From a virus, in the IMG/VR virus record IMGVR_UViG_3300048599_000546, positions 2,147 to 66,146 of that record: a DNA stretch of 64,000 nt. The stretch is one strand, 5' to 3'. The notes under the pieces were generated by a model. The model was not told the origin of the DNA, made no database searches, and saw only the letters and a program-made list of their open reading frames with translations. Positions 16,817 through 26,721 of this stretch are shown piece after piece; the first letter of the stretch is position 1, and the number at the start of each line of letters is the position of its first letter. The position numbers and the translations under genes were made by a program.

Positions 16817-18584
16817 CCTCGCCGGCGGCGGGCCCATCCCGCCGAAGTCGCTCAAGCTGCTCACCACCGAGCTCGGTGAGCTCCGACCCGCCGTCTCGAT
16901 CGAGGGATGGCAGAAGTCCGAACCGCTCGTCTGGACCCCGCCGCCCACCGCGGTGCCGGGCGCATGGTTCGACGTCGAGGCCGTCCTCAAGGTGGTCCGC
17001 GCCGTCGAGGCGATGCGGCACACCAAAGGCCGCTGGGCCGGCACGCCGCTGGTTCCCGACCCGTGGCAGGTCGTCTGGATCATCGCCCCGGTCTTCGGCT
17101 GGAAGTACTCCCTCGACGACCCCGACGAGGAGCGGCGGGGCACCCGGATCATCCGGACCGTCTGGATCGAGGTCCCCCGCAAGAACGGCAAGAGCACGCT
17201 CGCCGCTGCGCTCGGCCTGGTGCTCCTCGCCGCCGACCAGGAGATGGGCGCCGAGGTCTACGCCGCCGCGGCGTCGCTCGCCCAGGCCCGTGCGATCTTC
17301 AACGACGCGAAGCGCATGGCGAACGGCTCGCCCGAACTGCGCCGCAAGCTCGACGTCCTCACCTCGGTCATCAAGGCCGACCGCACCGGCGGCATCTTCC
17401 GAGCACTGTCGAAGGCAGCCGACACCGCACACGGCCTCAACGTGCACGCCTCGCTCGTCGACGAGATCCACGTCCACAAGTCCCGCGACCTGATCGACGC
17501 CCTCGAGACCGGCACCGGTGCCCGGGCCCAGCCGCTCATCATCTACATCACGACCTCCGACGAGGGCGTCACCGGATCGATCTACGACGAGCTCCACGAA
17601 CGCACCCGCAAGATCGCCAACCGCACGATCAGCGACCCGTCGCACTGGGGTGTCATCTGGGCGGCCGGCAAGGACGACGACCCGTTCGCCGAGGCCACCT
17701 GGTACAAGGCCAACCCCGGGCTCGGGAAGAGCCCGAAGCTGCAGTACATGCGGGAGAAGGCCGAGAAGGCCCGCACCACCCCGTCGTTCATGCCGGTGTT
17801 CCTCCGGCTGCACCTGAACGTCCGCACCCGTCTCGAGACCCGCTGGCTCAACCTCGCCGAGTGGGACCTGCAGCCCAACATCCAGTCGGTCATCGCCGAG
17901 CAGCTCGCCGGCCGCGAGTGCTACGGCGGCCTCGACCTGTCCGCCACCACCGACCTCACCGCCCTCTCTCTCGTGTTCCCCGACGCCGAGCACGAGACGC
18001 TCACGTCGCTGCACTGGTTCTGGCTCCCCGACGAGGACCTCATGGACCGGATCCGCCGCGACCAGGTCCCCTACGACGACTGGGCCAAGCAGGGCTGGCT
18101 CACCCTCACCGAGGGCAACGTCGTCGACTACGAAGCGGTCACCGACACCCTCGACCACGTCCGCCAGACCTACGACCTTCGCTCGCTCGGCCACGACCGC
18201 TGGCAGGCCGGCCCCGTCGTCCAGTCCCTCACGAAGCTCGGCATCACCGCCGAACCCGTCGGCCAGACCTACCAGGGCATGAGCGCACCATCGAAGACGC
18301 TCGAGCGTCTCGTGAAGTCCGGACACTGGGTCCACGGCGGCAACCCGGTGCTCCGCTGGATGGCCGACAACGTCGAGATCATCACCGACAAGGACGGCAA
18401 CATCCGGCCGGTGAAGCCCGACCGGCGCAAGACCGGCAAGCGCGTCGACGGCATCCACTCCTCGGTCATGGCCATCGACAGCTGGGAACGCCGCGAAGGC
18501 GCATCAGCACCCGCCGCCGGCCCCGCCGCCACCGGCGACGACGACGAATCGTTCTTCCGGCCCACCAGCCGGCTCGGCATCTGA
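16791..18584 (+). CDS. terL: Terminase large subunit
   Basis: VPRKNGKST Walker A, LVDEIH Walker B, GGLDLSATTDLTA nuclease motif, RVDG; start may be 16803. Confidence 0.95.
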   Translation: MAARMRSTDLAGGGPIPPKSLKLLTTELGELRPAVSIEGWQKSEPLVWTPPPTAVPGAWFDVEAVLKVVRAVEAMRHTKGRWAGTPLVPDPWQVVWIIAPVFGWKYSLDDPDEERRGTRIIRTVWIEVPRKNGKSTLAAALGLVLLAADQEMGAEVYAAAASLAQARAIFNDAKRMANGSPELRRKLDVLTSVIKADRTGGIFRALSKAADTAHGLNVHASLVDEIHVHKSRDLIDALETGTGARAQPLIIYITTSDEGVTGSIYDELHERTRKIANRTISDPSHWGVIWAAGKDDDPFAEATWYKANPGLGKSPKLQYMREKAEKARTTPSFMPVFLRLHLNVRTRLETRWLNLAEWDLQPNIQSVIAEQLAGRECYGGLDLSATTDLTALSLVFPDAEHETLTSLHWFWLPDEDLMDRIRRDQVPYDDWAKQGWLTLTEGNVVDYEAVTDTLDHVRQTYDLRSLGHDRWQAGPVVQSLTKLGITAEPVGQTYQGMSAPSKTLERLVKSGHWVHGGNPVLRWMADNVEIITDKDGNIRPVKPDRRKTGKRVDGIHSSVMAIDSWERREGASAPAAGPAATGDDDESFFRPTSRLGI

Positions 18585-18595
18585 GGAGGCCCATC

Positions 18596-18841
18596 GTGCA
18601 GACCGACCCCGACGACGTCCGAGTCGCCGACCAGGTGGCGCAGCTGCGCCACAACCTGACGAACCACCCGCCGGACGCCGAGAAGGTCGAGCTCATGGAG
18701 GAGCTCGTCGAGCTCGCCCTCGAGTACGGCACCGGCCTCATCGAGAACTGCCCGCCCAGCCGCGAGCAGTCCCTCGCCGTCACCCACCTCGAGCAGTCGC
18801 TCATGTGGGGCCGCGCAGCGATCGCCAGGGCCACGAGCTGA
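18596..18841 (+). CDS. Acb2/Tad1-like helical-hairpin protein (possible immune-signal sponge)
   Basis: SD GAGGAGG; CPPSREQSLAVTHLEQSLMWGRAAIAR matches the RE.SLA.T.LE.A.MW pattern I recall for Acb2/Tad1 hairpin proteins. Confidence 0.7.
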   Translation: MQTDPDDVRVADQVAQLRHNLTNHPPDAEKVELMEELVELALEYGTGLIENCPPSREQSLAVTHLEQSLMWGRAAIARATS

Positions 18842-18843
18842 GC

Positions 18844-19284
18844 GTGAGCTCGCTGGTCGTCGTCGCCGGCCCACCCGGTGCCGGCAAGTCGACCTACGTC
18901 GCCGAGCGGGCCCAGCCCGGCGACGTCGTGTGGGACTACGACACGGTCATGGCGGCGCTGTCCGGGCAGCCGCTCTACGAGCGCCCGGGCCGGCTCCACG
19001 AGCTCGTCATGGCGCTCCGCCCGATCGTGATCGGCCAGGCCCTGCAGCTGCACTCACGGGTCTGGGTCATCGCATCCGCGCCGAGCGTCGAGGAGCGAGA
19101 CGAGTGGCGCCGCTCCGGCGCCCACGTGGTCCTGCTCCTCGCCGGCATCGACGAGCTCGTCGAGCGCACCTCGAGCAGGGACCAGGCCGACGAGTGGGCC
19201 CTGGCGATCGGCCGGTGGTGGAAGCGGTATCGAGGCAGCGACCACGACGAGGTCGTCGCAACCGACGAAAGGAGCGCCCCATGA
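18844..19284 (+). CDS. Small P-loop (AAA/kinase-like) protein
   Basis: VVVAGPPGAGKSTY...GDVVWDYD. Confidence 0.8.
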   Translation: MSSLVVVAGPPGAGKSTYVAERAQPGDVVWDYDTVMAALSGQPLYERPGRLHELVMALRPIVIGQALQLHSRVWVIASAPSVEERDEWRRSGAHVVLLLAGIDELVERTSSRDQADEWALAIGRWWKRYRGSDHDEVVATDERSAP

Positions 19285-19475
19285 GCGAAGTCCCCCTCGA
19301 CCCGGAACGTCGCCGCTACGCGCTGCTCGGACTCTCGGTCGTGCTCACCGTGCTCGGCGTGATCCTCGTCCTCGTGGCTCTCGCAGCGTTCGCTGACTGG
19401 CGCTGGTCTGCGCTGGTCGCCGGCGCGGTCCTGCTGTGGTTCGGGTTCGTCGCCTCGACGAGGGCTGACCGCTGA
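19281..19475 (+). CDS. Small two-TM protein preceding portal
   Basis: SD AAGGAG; two hydrophobic helices. Confidence 0.7.
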   Translation: MSEVPLDPERRRYALLGLSVVLTVLGVILVLVALAAFADWRWSALVAGAVLLWFGFVASTRADR

Positions 19476-20908
19476 TGCCGTCGTGGATGCTGCCGCGCCG
19501 CTCGAGCGAAGGGCTCGCGTCGTCGATCGCCGCGTCGGGCGCAGCCGGCACCGGGATCGTCGCCGATCCGATCGACGGCGACCGCTCCTACCGCCGCGCC
19601 GGCGAGGGCATGCGAGAGGTCCCGGCGATCACCGTCGAGCGCGCCCGGGCCCTGTCGGTGCACCACTACCGGACGAACCCGATGGCCCGGGCGATCGTCG
19701 ACACCTTCACGTCGTTCTGCGTCGGCGACTCCGGACTGTCGGTGGCGTCCGCGGTGCCCCAGGTCCGGGACTCCGCCAATCGGTTCTGGGCCGACCCGGC
19801 GAACAAGCTGCGCACCGAGCAGGAACTGCTGTTCCGCTCGCACATGCTGATGGGCGAGACCGCACTGCACATGCTCGTCGGGCCCACCACCGGCGTCACC
19901 CGCTTCGCGTACATCGACCCCGTGGCGGTCAGCCGCGTCGAGCTGCTCCACGGGAACCCGATGTGGCCATCCCAGCTCGTGCTCGACACCATCGGCAACG
20001 AACGCCGCCTCCAGGTCGTCGACGTCGACGACCTCACCGGGTTCCGCACCGGCGAAGCGATGTGGTGGCCCGACTGGCGCGCCATCGCGTCGGACCGTCG
20101 CGGGACACCGTTCCTGATGCCGCTCCTCGACTGGATCGAGGCCTACGACCAGGTCCTCTGGAACCTGATCGACCGCACCGCGCTCGCCCGCTACATGGTC
20201 TTCGACGTCACCGTGAAGGGCCAGCAGAAGGACGTCGACGACTGGATCGCGAAGCGCGGCAGCACCGCCCCGCCCCGGTCCGGATCGATGGAGGTCCACA
20301 ACGAGGGCGTGTCGATCGAACCGAAGAACGTGCAGGTCGGAGCGTTCGAGGACAAGGTCACCGGGCAGATGGCGATGACGAACATCGCCGCCGGCGCCGG
20401 GCTGGCCAAGACGTGGCTCGCCGAACCGGAGGACGCCAACCGGGCGACGTCGCTCACGATGGCCGAGCCGGTGCGCCGGCGAGTCGGCGGGGTACAGAAC
20501 ATCTGGCTGTCCCACATGACCGAGCTCACCCGCTTCGCGATCGACGCACGCGTCCGGGTCGGCCAGCTCGCCCCCGAGTACCAGGTCGGCACCGAGACCG
20601 ACCAGGTCACCACCGTGAGCGCCGCCGACGCCGTCACGATCACCGGGCCCGAGATCGCCGCCGCGGATGCGAAGGTCAACGCCGAGATCCTCGTCCAGCT
20701 GTCCAACGCGCTCACCGGCATGCAGGCCGCCGGGATCCTCTCCGAGGAAGCGTCGAAGGTCGCGGCTCGCAAGGCGTGGGAGGACTACGTCGGCGTGCCG
20801 TGGGACCCGAGCCTCGACCGCAAGGCCGCCGACGGCGACACCGACGACGTGGCCGACTACATCGACGACGTCGGCGGAGCGACCGGCCCCATCTCGGTCG
20901 CCGCCTGA
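19475..20908 (+). CDS. Portal protein
   Basis: Position after terL; YRTNPMARAIVD, GE motif, RRGTPFLMPLLDWI, DANRATS; 477 aa. Confidence 0.85.
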   Translation: MPSWMLPRRSSEGLASSIAASGAAGTGIVADPIDGDRSYRRAGEGMREVPAITVERARALSVHHYRTNPMARAIVDTFTSFCVGDSGLSVASAVPQVRDSANRFWADPANKLRTEQELLFRSHMLMGETALHMLVGPTTGVTRFAYIDPVAVSRVELLHGNPMWPSQLVLDTIGNERRLQVVDVDDLTGFRTGEAMWWPDWRAIASDRRGTPFLMPLLDWIEAYDQVLWNLIDRTALARYMVFDVTVKGQQKDVDDWIAKRGSTAPPRSGSMEVHNEGVSIEPKNVQVGAFEDKVTGQMAMTNIAAGAGLAKTWLAEPEDANRATSLTMAEPVRRRVGGVQNIWLSHMTELTRFAIDARVRVGQLAPEYQVGTETDQVTTVSAADAVTITGPEIAAADAKVNAEILVQLSNALTGMQAAGILSEEASKVAARKAWEDYVGVPWDPSLDRKAADGDTDDVADYIDDVGGATGPISVAA

Positions 20909-21780
20909 TGCCCGAGCCGCGCCCGGCGGACATCGTCCGGTTCAACACCCGGGTGAACCGGCTCGTCGGCCAGGCCGCCAACGTCGAGGCCTCCACCGCC
21001 CGCCAGCTGCTCGAGGAGATGTCGAAGGTGCAGCACGAGCTGCGCCTCATGGTCGCCGAGTCCGCCGGCACCACCCACGCCGCCCAGCTCGACGCGATGA
21101 GCAGCCGCGTCCGAGCCCTCGCCGACGTCGTCGACGACGTCGTCCGATCCGCCCACCTCGAGTCCGCCCGCATCGGCGCAGCGCTCATCGATGAGCCACT
21201 CGCGGTCCTCGGTGTCACCGACCTGGCCCCCGTGAACGACCTGGAGCTCGCACGGTGGGCCGAGAGCCGCGCATCTCGATCGAGAGTCCTGCTGCGCCGC
21301 TACATGGACGACCTGCAGCAGAAGGCCGCTGCGCAGCTCCTGCAGGCACTCAACGCGGACGACCCGCTCGTCGTGCTCCGCAACATCGGCACCCGACTCA
21401 AGGGGTCCGTCGTGTTCGGCAAGGCCGCCGGCGACAGCCTGACGCTCGTCTACACCGAGCTCGGCACCACCCGACACGCCGTGATGAACCGGCGCGGCCG
21501 AGACGTCAACCAGTCCACCGGGATCGAGGTCCACAAGCGGTGGGTGCACGCCGGCAACCACACCAACGCCCGCCGCCACCACGAGGACGCGGAGCAGCGC
21601 TACCGGCCCGGCGGCGCGGTCGGCCCGATCCCGATGACCGAGCTGTTCAAGGTCGGGAAGTACTCCACGCCCTACCCGAAGGGCCCCGGCCTCCCCGGAC
21701 TGGACCGACTCGGGTGCCGATGCCAGCTCGCCACCTGCCCACCACCCGACATCCCCGACCTACCAGGAGTCGCAGCATGA
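20908..21780 (+). CDS. MuF-like minor head/morphogenesis protein
   Basis: Follows portal; HKRWVHAG...RRHH...GCRC C-terminus. Confidence 0.7.
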   Translation: MPEPRPADIVRFNTRVNRLVGQAANVEASTARQLLEEMSKVQHELRLMVAESAGTTHAAQLDAMSSRVRALADVVDDVVRSAHLESARIGAALIDEPLAVLGVTDLAPVNDLELARWAESRASRSRVLLRRYMDDLQQKAAAQLLQALNADDPLVVLRNIGTRLKGSVVFGKAAGDSLTLVYTELGTTRHAVMNRRGRDVNQSTGIEVHKRWVHAGNHTNARRHHEDAEQRYRPGGAVGPIPMTELFKVGKYSTPYPKGPGLPGLDRLGCRCQLATCPPPDIPDLPGVAA

Positions 21781-22355
21781 CCACCACCACCGATGCCACG
21801 CTGTTCCGCGAGGCCGCCGAGCTCATCGGCGCGAAGGTCTCCGAGATCGCAGCGGTCGATCTCGACACGCCGGCCGGCTGCGTGATCCAGCACACCGACG
21901 GATCCATCCTCGTGCTCGTCGACGAGGACGCACCCGACGCCGAGGGCAAGTCGGGGCTGATGTTCCTCGTCGCTCCGAGCGAGAACTACCAGGGCACGTT
22001 CCCCGTCTACGCACAGCCGCTCGAGGACGACGAGGAGGACCTCGACGACGACGGCCAGGGCGGCGAGGAGCACCGGGTGAACGAGCCGGCGCGCGTCCCG
22101 CCGACCGAGCTCACGGTGCCCGAGGAGGCCCTCGAGACCGTCAAGGCGCTGCAGGCATGGGTCGAGGCCGACCCCGCCTGGCGTGCCGCACCGGCGCTCG
22201 CGGCGGAGCAGGCCGGGAAGAACCGGCCCTCCGCAGTGCTGCCGCTACAGAAGCTCGTCGACGAGCTGCTCGAGCTCGCCGCCGCCGGCCAGGACGACCA
22301 GGGCGGCGCCGGCGACACCGGCGCGGCCGGTGGTGACCAGGGCGGCAGCGAGTGA
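21777..22355 (+). CDS. Hypothetical acidic virion-region protein
   Basis: SD AGGAG; EQAGKNRPS motif similar to that in 27209-27646. Confidence 0.65.
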   Translation: MTTTTDATLFREAAELIGAKVSEIAAVDLDTPAGCVIQHTDGSILVLVDEDAPDAEGKSGLMFLVAPSENYQGTFPVYAQPLEDDEEDLDDDGQGGEEHRVNEPARVPPTELTVPEEALETVKALQAWVEADPAWRAAPALAAEQAGKNRPSAVLPLQKLVDELLELAAAGQDDQGGAGDTGAAGGDQGGSE

Positions 22356-24763
22356 ACGGGCGTGCTGGCCACCCCGTCCGGGCGACCGAGTCCAGGTCGC
22401 CCGAGGCGGAGCTCACCTACATGGAGATCCGCGACCTGCTGCAGCGTGAGCTCAACGCGTTGCACGCGTCGGGCGATCGCCAGTGGCTCTGGGTCCGCGA
22501 CCTGAGCGACACGTGGGTCGTGTGGGAGCTCGAGTCCGGCTCGCAGACCGGGCTCTACCGGGCCGGCTACACGATCGCCGAGGACGGCACGGTCACCTTC
22601 GGCGAGACCGAGGAGGTCCAGCCGCACACCGAGTACGTCGCCGAGGCGTCGATCCCGGGCCGTGTGCTCGAGGACCGCACCCCGAGCGAGGGACCCGGTC
22701 ACCGGGTGTTCCGCGTTCAGCTGATCGAGCACGGCGAGTCCCTCAACGGCCGGAACTACCCCGAGGCCGTCCTCGCCGCCGCGGCGACGCTTTACGAGGG
22801 CGCCAAGGCCTACGACCACCACCGCACCGAGTCCGAGTTCGAGACGTCCACGGTGCAGGGGCTCATCGGCAGCTACCGCAACGTCGCGGTGAACGACAAG
22901 GGCCTCGAGGCAGACCTGCACCTCCTGCCGTCAGCGACGCTCGTCGAGGAAGCCCTCGACGCGTCGCTCGACGCCCAGGCCGCCGGGCTCCCGCCGCTCA
23001 TCGGCGTGTCGCACGACGTCATCGCCAAGTTCCAGTTGGCCGGCAGCGGGGCGCAGTCCCGCCAGGAGGCCACCCAGATCGTCCGCGTGCTCAGCGCGGA
23101 CGTGGTCGCCGACCCCGCCGCCGGTGGTCGACCGATCCGCATGGTCGCCGGCGGCACCACCCCACCCGTCCCCCAGGAGGACACCATGAACCTGAAGGAG
23201 CTGCTCGCAGCACTTCGCGATGCCACCCCGGAGAAGCGGGCCGAGCTCCTGTCCGAGCACGCCGCCCTGCTGACCGACAACGGCCTGTCCGTCGAGGACG
23301 TCACGTCCATGCTCGGCGACGGTGGCAGCTCGGAGCCGGCCACCGGCACCGAGCCCGCCACGGGCACCGAGCCGGCCACCGGCACCGAGCCCGCCGCCGG
23401 CACCCAGGAGCCGGCGACCGCCGGCGCAGCGGCCGAGGCGCGGTTCGCCCGCGAGTCGGTCATGGGCCGCATGCTCATCGAGTCCGCGGCCACCGCCGCG
23501 AAGCTCGACGGCCGCATGGTCGAGGCGGTCGTGAAGCGACTGCCCGAGCGGTTCTCCGAGGCCGAGCTCACCGCCGGCATCGAGATGGTCGACTCCGTGC
23601 GCGAGGCGTTCGAAGCCGCGGGCCTCCGCGAGAGCACCGTCACGGGCCAGCTCCGCGTCGGCGAGGGCGAGCTCGAGAAGAAGACCAAGCGGCTCGACGC
23701 GATGTTCGCCGGCGACTGGAAGGAGGGCTACCACTCCATCCGCCAGGCGTTCATGGACATCGCCGGCCACGGCATCGATCCCCTCTCGGCCGAGCTGCCG
23801 TTCCAGATCATGCGCGAGTCGCACGACTTCGCGGTCGAAGGTGGCCGCGCACGGGAGTCGATGGACACCACGACCTGGGGCCAGGTGCTGGGCGACTCGA
23901 TCACCCGCCGCATGATCGCCCTCTACTCGGCCCCCGGGCTGCAGGAGTGGCGCCAGCTGGTCTCGACCGTCCCGGTCAACGACTTCCGCACCCAGCGCCG
24001 CACCCGCATCGGCGGCTACGGGACGCTGCCCGAGGTCGGCCAGGGAGCGCCCTACCAGCCGCTCACCAGCCCTCCCGATGAGGAAGTGACCTACGCGATC
24101 ACCAAGAAGGGCGGGACCGAGGACCTCACCCTCGAGATGATCGCGAACGACGATCTCGGCGGCGTGCGCCAGATCCCCCAGCGTCTCGCCCGAGCCGCGG
24201 GGATCACGCTCTACCGATTCGTGTTCGACTCGCTGATCGCCGGCAACCCGACGATCTACGACTCGGTCGCGTTGTTCCACGCGTCCCACGGCAACACCGA
24301 CGCCGCCAGCGCGCTGTCGCAGTCGACGCTGCAGCTCGGCGAGTCCAAGATGATGAAGCAGGCCGCCTACGGCGACAGCGTCGACGTGCTCGGCATCCGA
24401 GCCAAGTTCCTGCTCGTCCCCGCCGACCTGTCGCACTTGGCGTACCAGCTCACGACGAGCTCGGTGGCGCTGCCGTCGAGCTCGCCCGGCGCATCGGACA
24501 TCCCGAACCCGATGACCGGCGTGAAGCCGATCACCGTGCCGCACTGGAGCGACGCGAATGACTGGTTCCTCGTCGCCGATCCCGACGACGTGCCCTCGAT
24601 CGAGCTCGGGTTCTTCGGCGGCCGCGAGGAGCCGGAGCTGTTCGTCCAGGACGACCCCAAGTCCGGCTCGAGCTTCGCGGCGGACAAGGTCACCTACAAG
24701 ATCCGCCACATCTACAAGGGCGCTGTCGTCGACTTCCGCGCCTTCTACCGCGGCCAGGGCTGA
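22352..24763 (+). CDS. Fused prohead protease/scaffold/major capsid protein (Mu gpT-like capsid)
   Basis: Protease-like GESLNGRNYP...YDHH...GVSHD...SADVVADPAAGG; capsid-like VNDFR...LTLEMIANDDLG...LFHASHGN...YKIRH...DFRAFY. Confidence 0.88.
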   Translation: MNGRAGHPVRATESRSPEAELTYMEIRDLLQRELNALHASGDRQWLWVRDLSDTWVVWELESGSQTGLYRAGYTIAEDGTVTFGETEEVQPHTEYVAEASIPGRVLEDRTPSEGPGHRVFRVQLIEHGESLNGRNYPEAVLAAAATLYEGAKAYDHHRTESEFETSTVQGLIGSYRNVAVNDKGLEADLHLLPSATLVEEALDASLDAQAAGLPPLIGVSHDVIAKFQLAGSGAQSRQEATQIVRVLSADVVADPAAGGRPIRMVAGGTTPPVPQEDTMNLKELLAALRDATPEKRAELLSEHAALLTDNGLSVEDVTSMLGDGGSSEPATGTEPATGTEPATGTEPAAGTQEPATAGAAAEARFARESVMGRMLIESAATAAKLDGRMVEAVVKRLPERFSEAELTAGIEMVDSVREAFEAAGLRESTVTGQLRVGEGELEKKTKRLDAMFAGDWKEGYHSIRQAFMDIAGHGIDPLSAELPFQIMRESHDFAVEGGRARESMDTTTWGQVLGDSITRRMIALYSAPGLQEWRQLVSTVPVNDFRTQRRTRIGGYGTLPEVGQGAPYQPLTSPPDEEVTYAITKKGGTEDLTLEMIANDDLGGVRQIPQRLARAAGITLYRFVFDSLIAGNPTIYDSVALFHASHGNTDAASALSQSTLQLGESKMMKQAAYGDSVDVLGIRAKFLLVPADLSHLAYQLTTSSVALPSSSPGASDIPNPMTGVKPITVPHWSDANDWFLVADPDDVPSIELGFFGGREEPELFVQDDPKSGSSFAADKVTYKIRHIYKGAVVDFRAFYRGQG
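23333..23420 (+). repeat. 18-bp coding tandem repeat (EPATGT) in scaffold linker
   Basis: GAGCC(G/C)GCCAC(C/G)GGCACC x3 plus degenerate copies. Confidence 0.8.
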
Positions 24764-24783
24764 GCCCTCGCCCACCTGCTGAC

Positions 24784-24828
24784 GTCGGGACCCGGCGCTC
24801 CTGGAGGGGCAGCGCCGGCGTCCCGACG
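24784..24828 (+). terminator. Long hairpin after the capsid gene
   Basis: CGTCGGGAC-CCGGCGCT...AGCGCCGG-c-GTCCCGACG; no U-tract, so it could instead be an mRNA stabiliser. Confidence 0.5.
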
Positions 24829-24885
24829 CCACGCGTCCACCCGTCCGCATCCCACCACCACACCTCTTCCCGAAGGGACACCGTC

Positions 24886-25299
24886 ATGCAGCTCAACGAG
24901 ATCGCGGGCGTGCACACCGCACGCACCGTCATCGCAGGACAGGCCACCGCCGGCACGGTGGACAGCTGGCCGCTGTTCGCCGCACCCGACGACCTCGAGG
25001 TCGCCGCCGTCCGCTGGATCCCCGCCGCGGCGGTCACCGGCGTGAACACCAACAACTTCGCCCTCGCAGTGCAGAACAAGGGCGTCGCCGGCTCCGGCAC
25101 CACCGCCGTCACCGCGACCAAGACCTACGCGTCGGGCACGGACTCGGTGGCCAACGTCGCCGAGACCCTCGCCCTGTCGGGCACCGCGGCGAACCTGCTC
25201 GTCGCCGCCGGCGAGGTGCTCGCCCTGGTGCGCACGGTCAACGCGTCCGGACTCGCGCAGCCCGACGGGGTGCTCGAGGTCGACTACCGGGTCCGCTGA
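24886..25299 (+). CDS. Putative head decoration/structural protein
   Basis: Ala/Thr/Val-rich beta protein right after the capsid gene. Confidence 0.65.
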   Translation: MQLNEIAGVHTARTVIAGQATAGTVDSWPLFAAPDDLEVAAVRWIPAAAVTGVNTNNFALAVQNKGVAGSGTTAVTATKTYASGTDSVANVAETLALSGTAANLLVAAGEVLALVRTVNASGLAQPDGVLEVDYRVR

Positions 25300-25580
25300 T
25301 GGGCGCTCCGACGCGCCCGTTCGCCGCGGCGGACGGGCAGCTCGGCAAGGCCGGCCCCGGGGTCCTGCGCGGCTACACGCTGCGCGAGACCGCGGGGCAG
25401 ACCGCGACCGTCACGGTCTACGACGGCACCAGCGCGGCCGGGACGATCATCGCGACCGTCGCGCTCGCAGCGAACGGCTCCGCGACCGTCATGTCCGACA
25501 CCGGCGTCCGTTTCGACGCCGGCGCGTTCTGTGACGTCGCCGGCACCGGCACCGTCGTCGGCTCGGTGTTCATCGGCTGA
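25299..25580 (+). CDS. Small structural protein
   Basis: VTVYDGTSAAGTII...GVRFDAG; coupled ORF. Confidence 0.65.
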   Translation: MGAPTRPFAAADGQLGKAGPGVLRGYTLRETAGQTATVTVYDGTSAAGTIIATVALAANGSATVMSDTGVRFDAGAFCDVAGTGTVVGSVFIG

Positions 25581-26281
25581 TGGGCCGCTCACTCGACGTC
25601 TGGATCAAGAAGGTCCGGAACCTCGTGCGCGACAGCGGGACCGATCTCGACCCTGACACCGTGGTCTCGGTCGGGATCGAACCCGCGCTCGCGCAGCTGT
25701 CGATCGACCGGCCCCGCTCGTTCGTCGTCGAGCACGCCGGCACCGGGTCCCACTACGTCGCGCTGCCGACCGCCTGGATCGAGGGCTTCTCCCGTATCGA
25801 GTTCGTCGAGTGCCCCGCCCGCCAGAACCCGCCCCAGGTCCTCGACGACCAGGACTGGAGCGTGGTGCGCGACCCCGTCGACGTCACCGTCACGAAGCTC
25901 CTGTTGCGCCGTGCTCCGCTCGTGTCGGAGCACGTGCGCATCGGGTTCACCGCGATGTGGCCACTCCCGACGGCGCAGGCCGACGACGAGCTCGACGACC
26001 TCACCTACCACGCCGTCACCGCGTTGGCCGCGTCGTTCTGCTGCACGCAGCTCGCCGCCGAGGCCGCCCGGTCCCGCCAGGGCGCACTCGCGACGAACTT
26101 CGTCGACGGCGCCGAGCGGGCCCGCCAGCTCAAGGACCTCGCCACCCAGATGCGCTCGGTGTACGACGCGTACCTGGGGCTCAACTCGACCGGGGCCGGG
26201 TCGACGTCGGGCCCGGCGTCCGGGCGGATCGACTTCGACCCGTCGGCGGACTGGTCGCTGTTCCACGGAGGCCGACGATGA
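25580..26281 (+). CDS. Putative head-tail adaptor
   Basis: Synteny; helical N- and C-termini around a beta insert. Confidence 0.6.
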   Translation: MGRSLDVWIKKVRNLVRDSGTDLDPDTVVSVGIEPALAQLSIDRPRSFVVEHAGTGSHYVALPTAWIEGFSRIEFVECPARQNPPQVLDDQDWSVVRDPVDVTVTKLLLRRAPLVSEHVRIGFTAMWPLPTAQADDELDDLTYHAVTALAASFCCTQLAAEAARSRQGALATNFVDGAERARQLKDLATQMRSVYDAYLGLNSTGAGSTSGPASGRIDFDPSADWSLFHGGRR

Positions 26282-26721
26282 CCTCGTTCACCGTGACGTG
26301 CGGCCGCGAGAACGCCGGCCGGTTCGTCGCTGCCGCCGTGCGCACTCCGCAGGTCCTCGAGCGTGTCCTCGACCAGATCGGCACCGAGGGCAAGGCCAAG
26401 GCGGTCAGCATCGCCCCGGAGCACTCCGGCCGCTACAAGGACGAGATCGACTTCGACGTCGACGGTGACCAGGTCACCGTCGGCTCCAAGTCGAAGCGTG
26501 CCCATCTCGTCGAGGACGGCCGCGACCCCGGCACCGCTCCCCCGAAGGCGCTCATCGCAGCGATCTTCGATCTGCCGCTCGACCACGCCTACCGGGTCGC
26601 GCAGCGCATCGGCGCCAGCGGCACCCAGGGCGCCAAGGTCATGGAGACCACCCGCCTCGCGATGCAGTGGCGCATCCCGAAGATCGCCGCCCAGGTCGTC
26701 CGCGAGCTCGAGGCGCGCTGA
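26278..26721 (+). CDS. HK97 gp10-like neck protein
   Basis: APEHSGRYKDEI...VTVGS...AHLVEDGRDPG motif. Confidence 0.7.
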   Translation: MTSFTVTCGRENAGRFVAAAVRTPQVLERVLDQIGTEGKAKAVSIAPEHSGRYKDEIDFDVDGDQVTVGSKSKRAHLVEDGRDPGTAPPKALIAAIFDLPLDHAYRVAQRIGASGTQGAKVMETTRLAMQWRIPKIAAQVVRELEAR

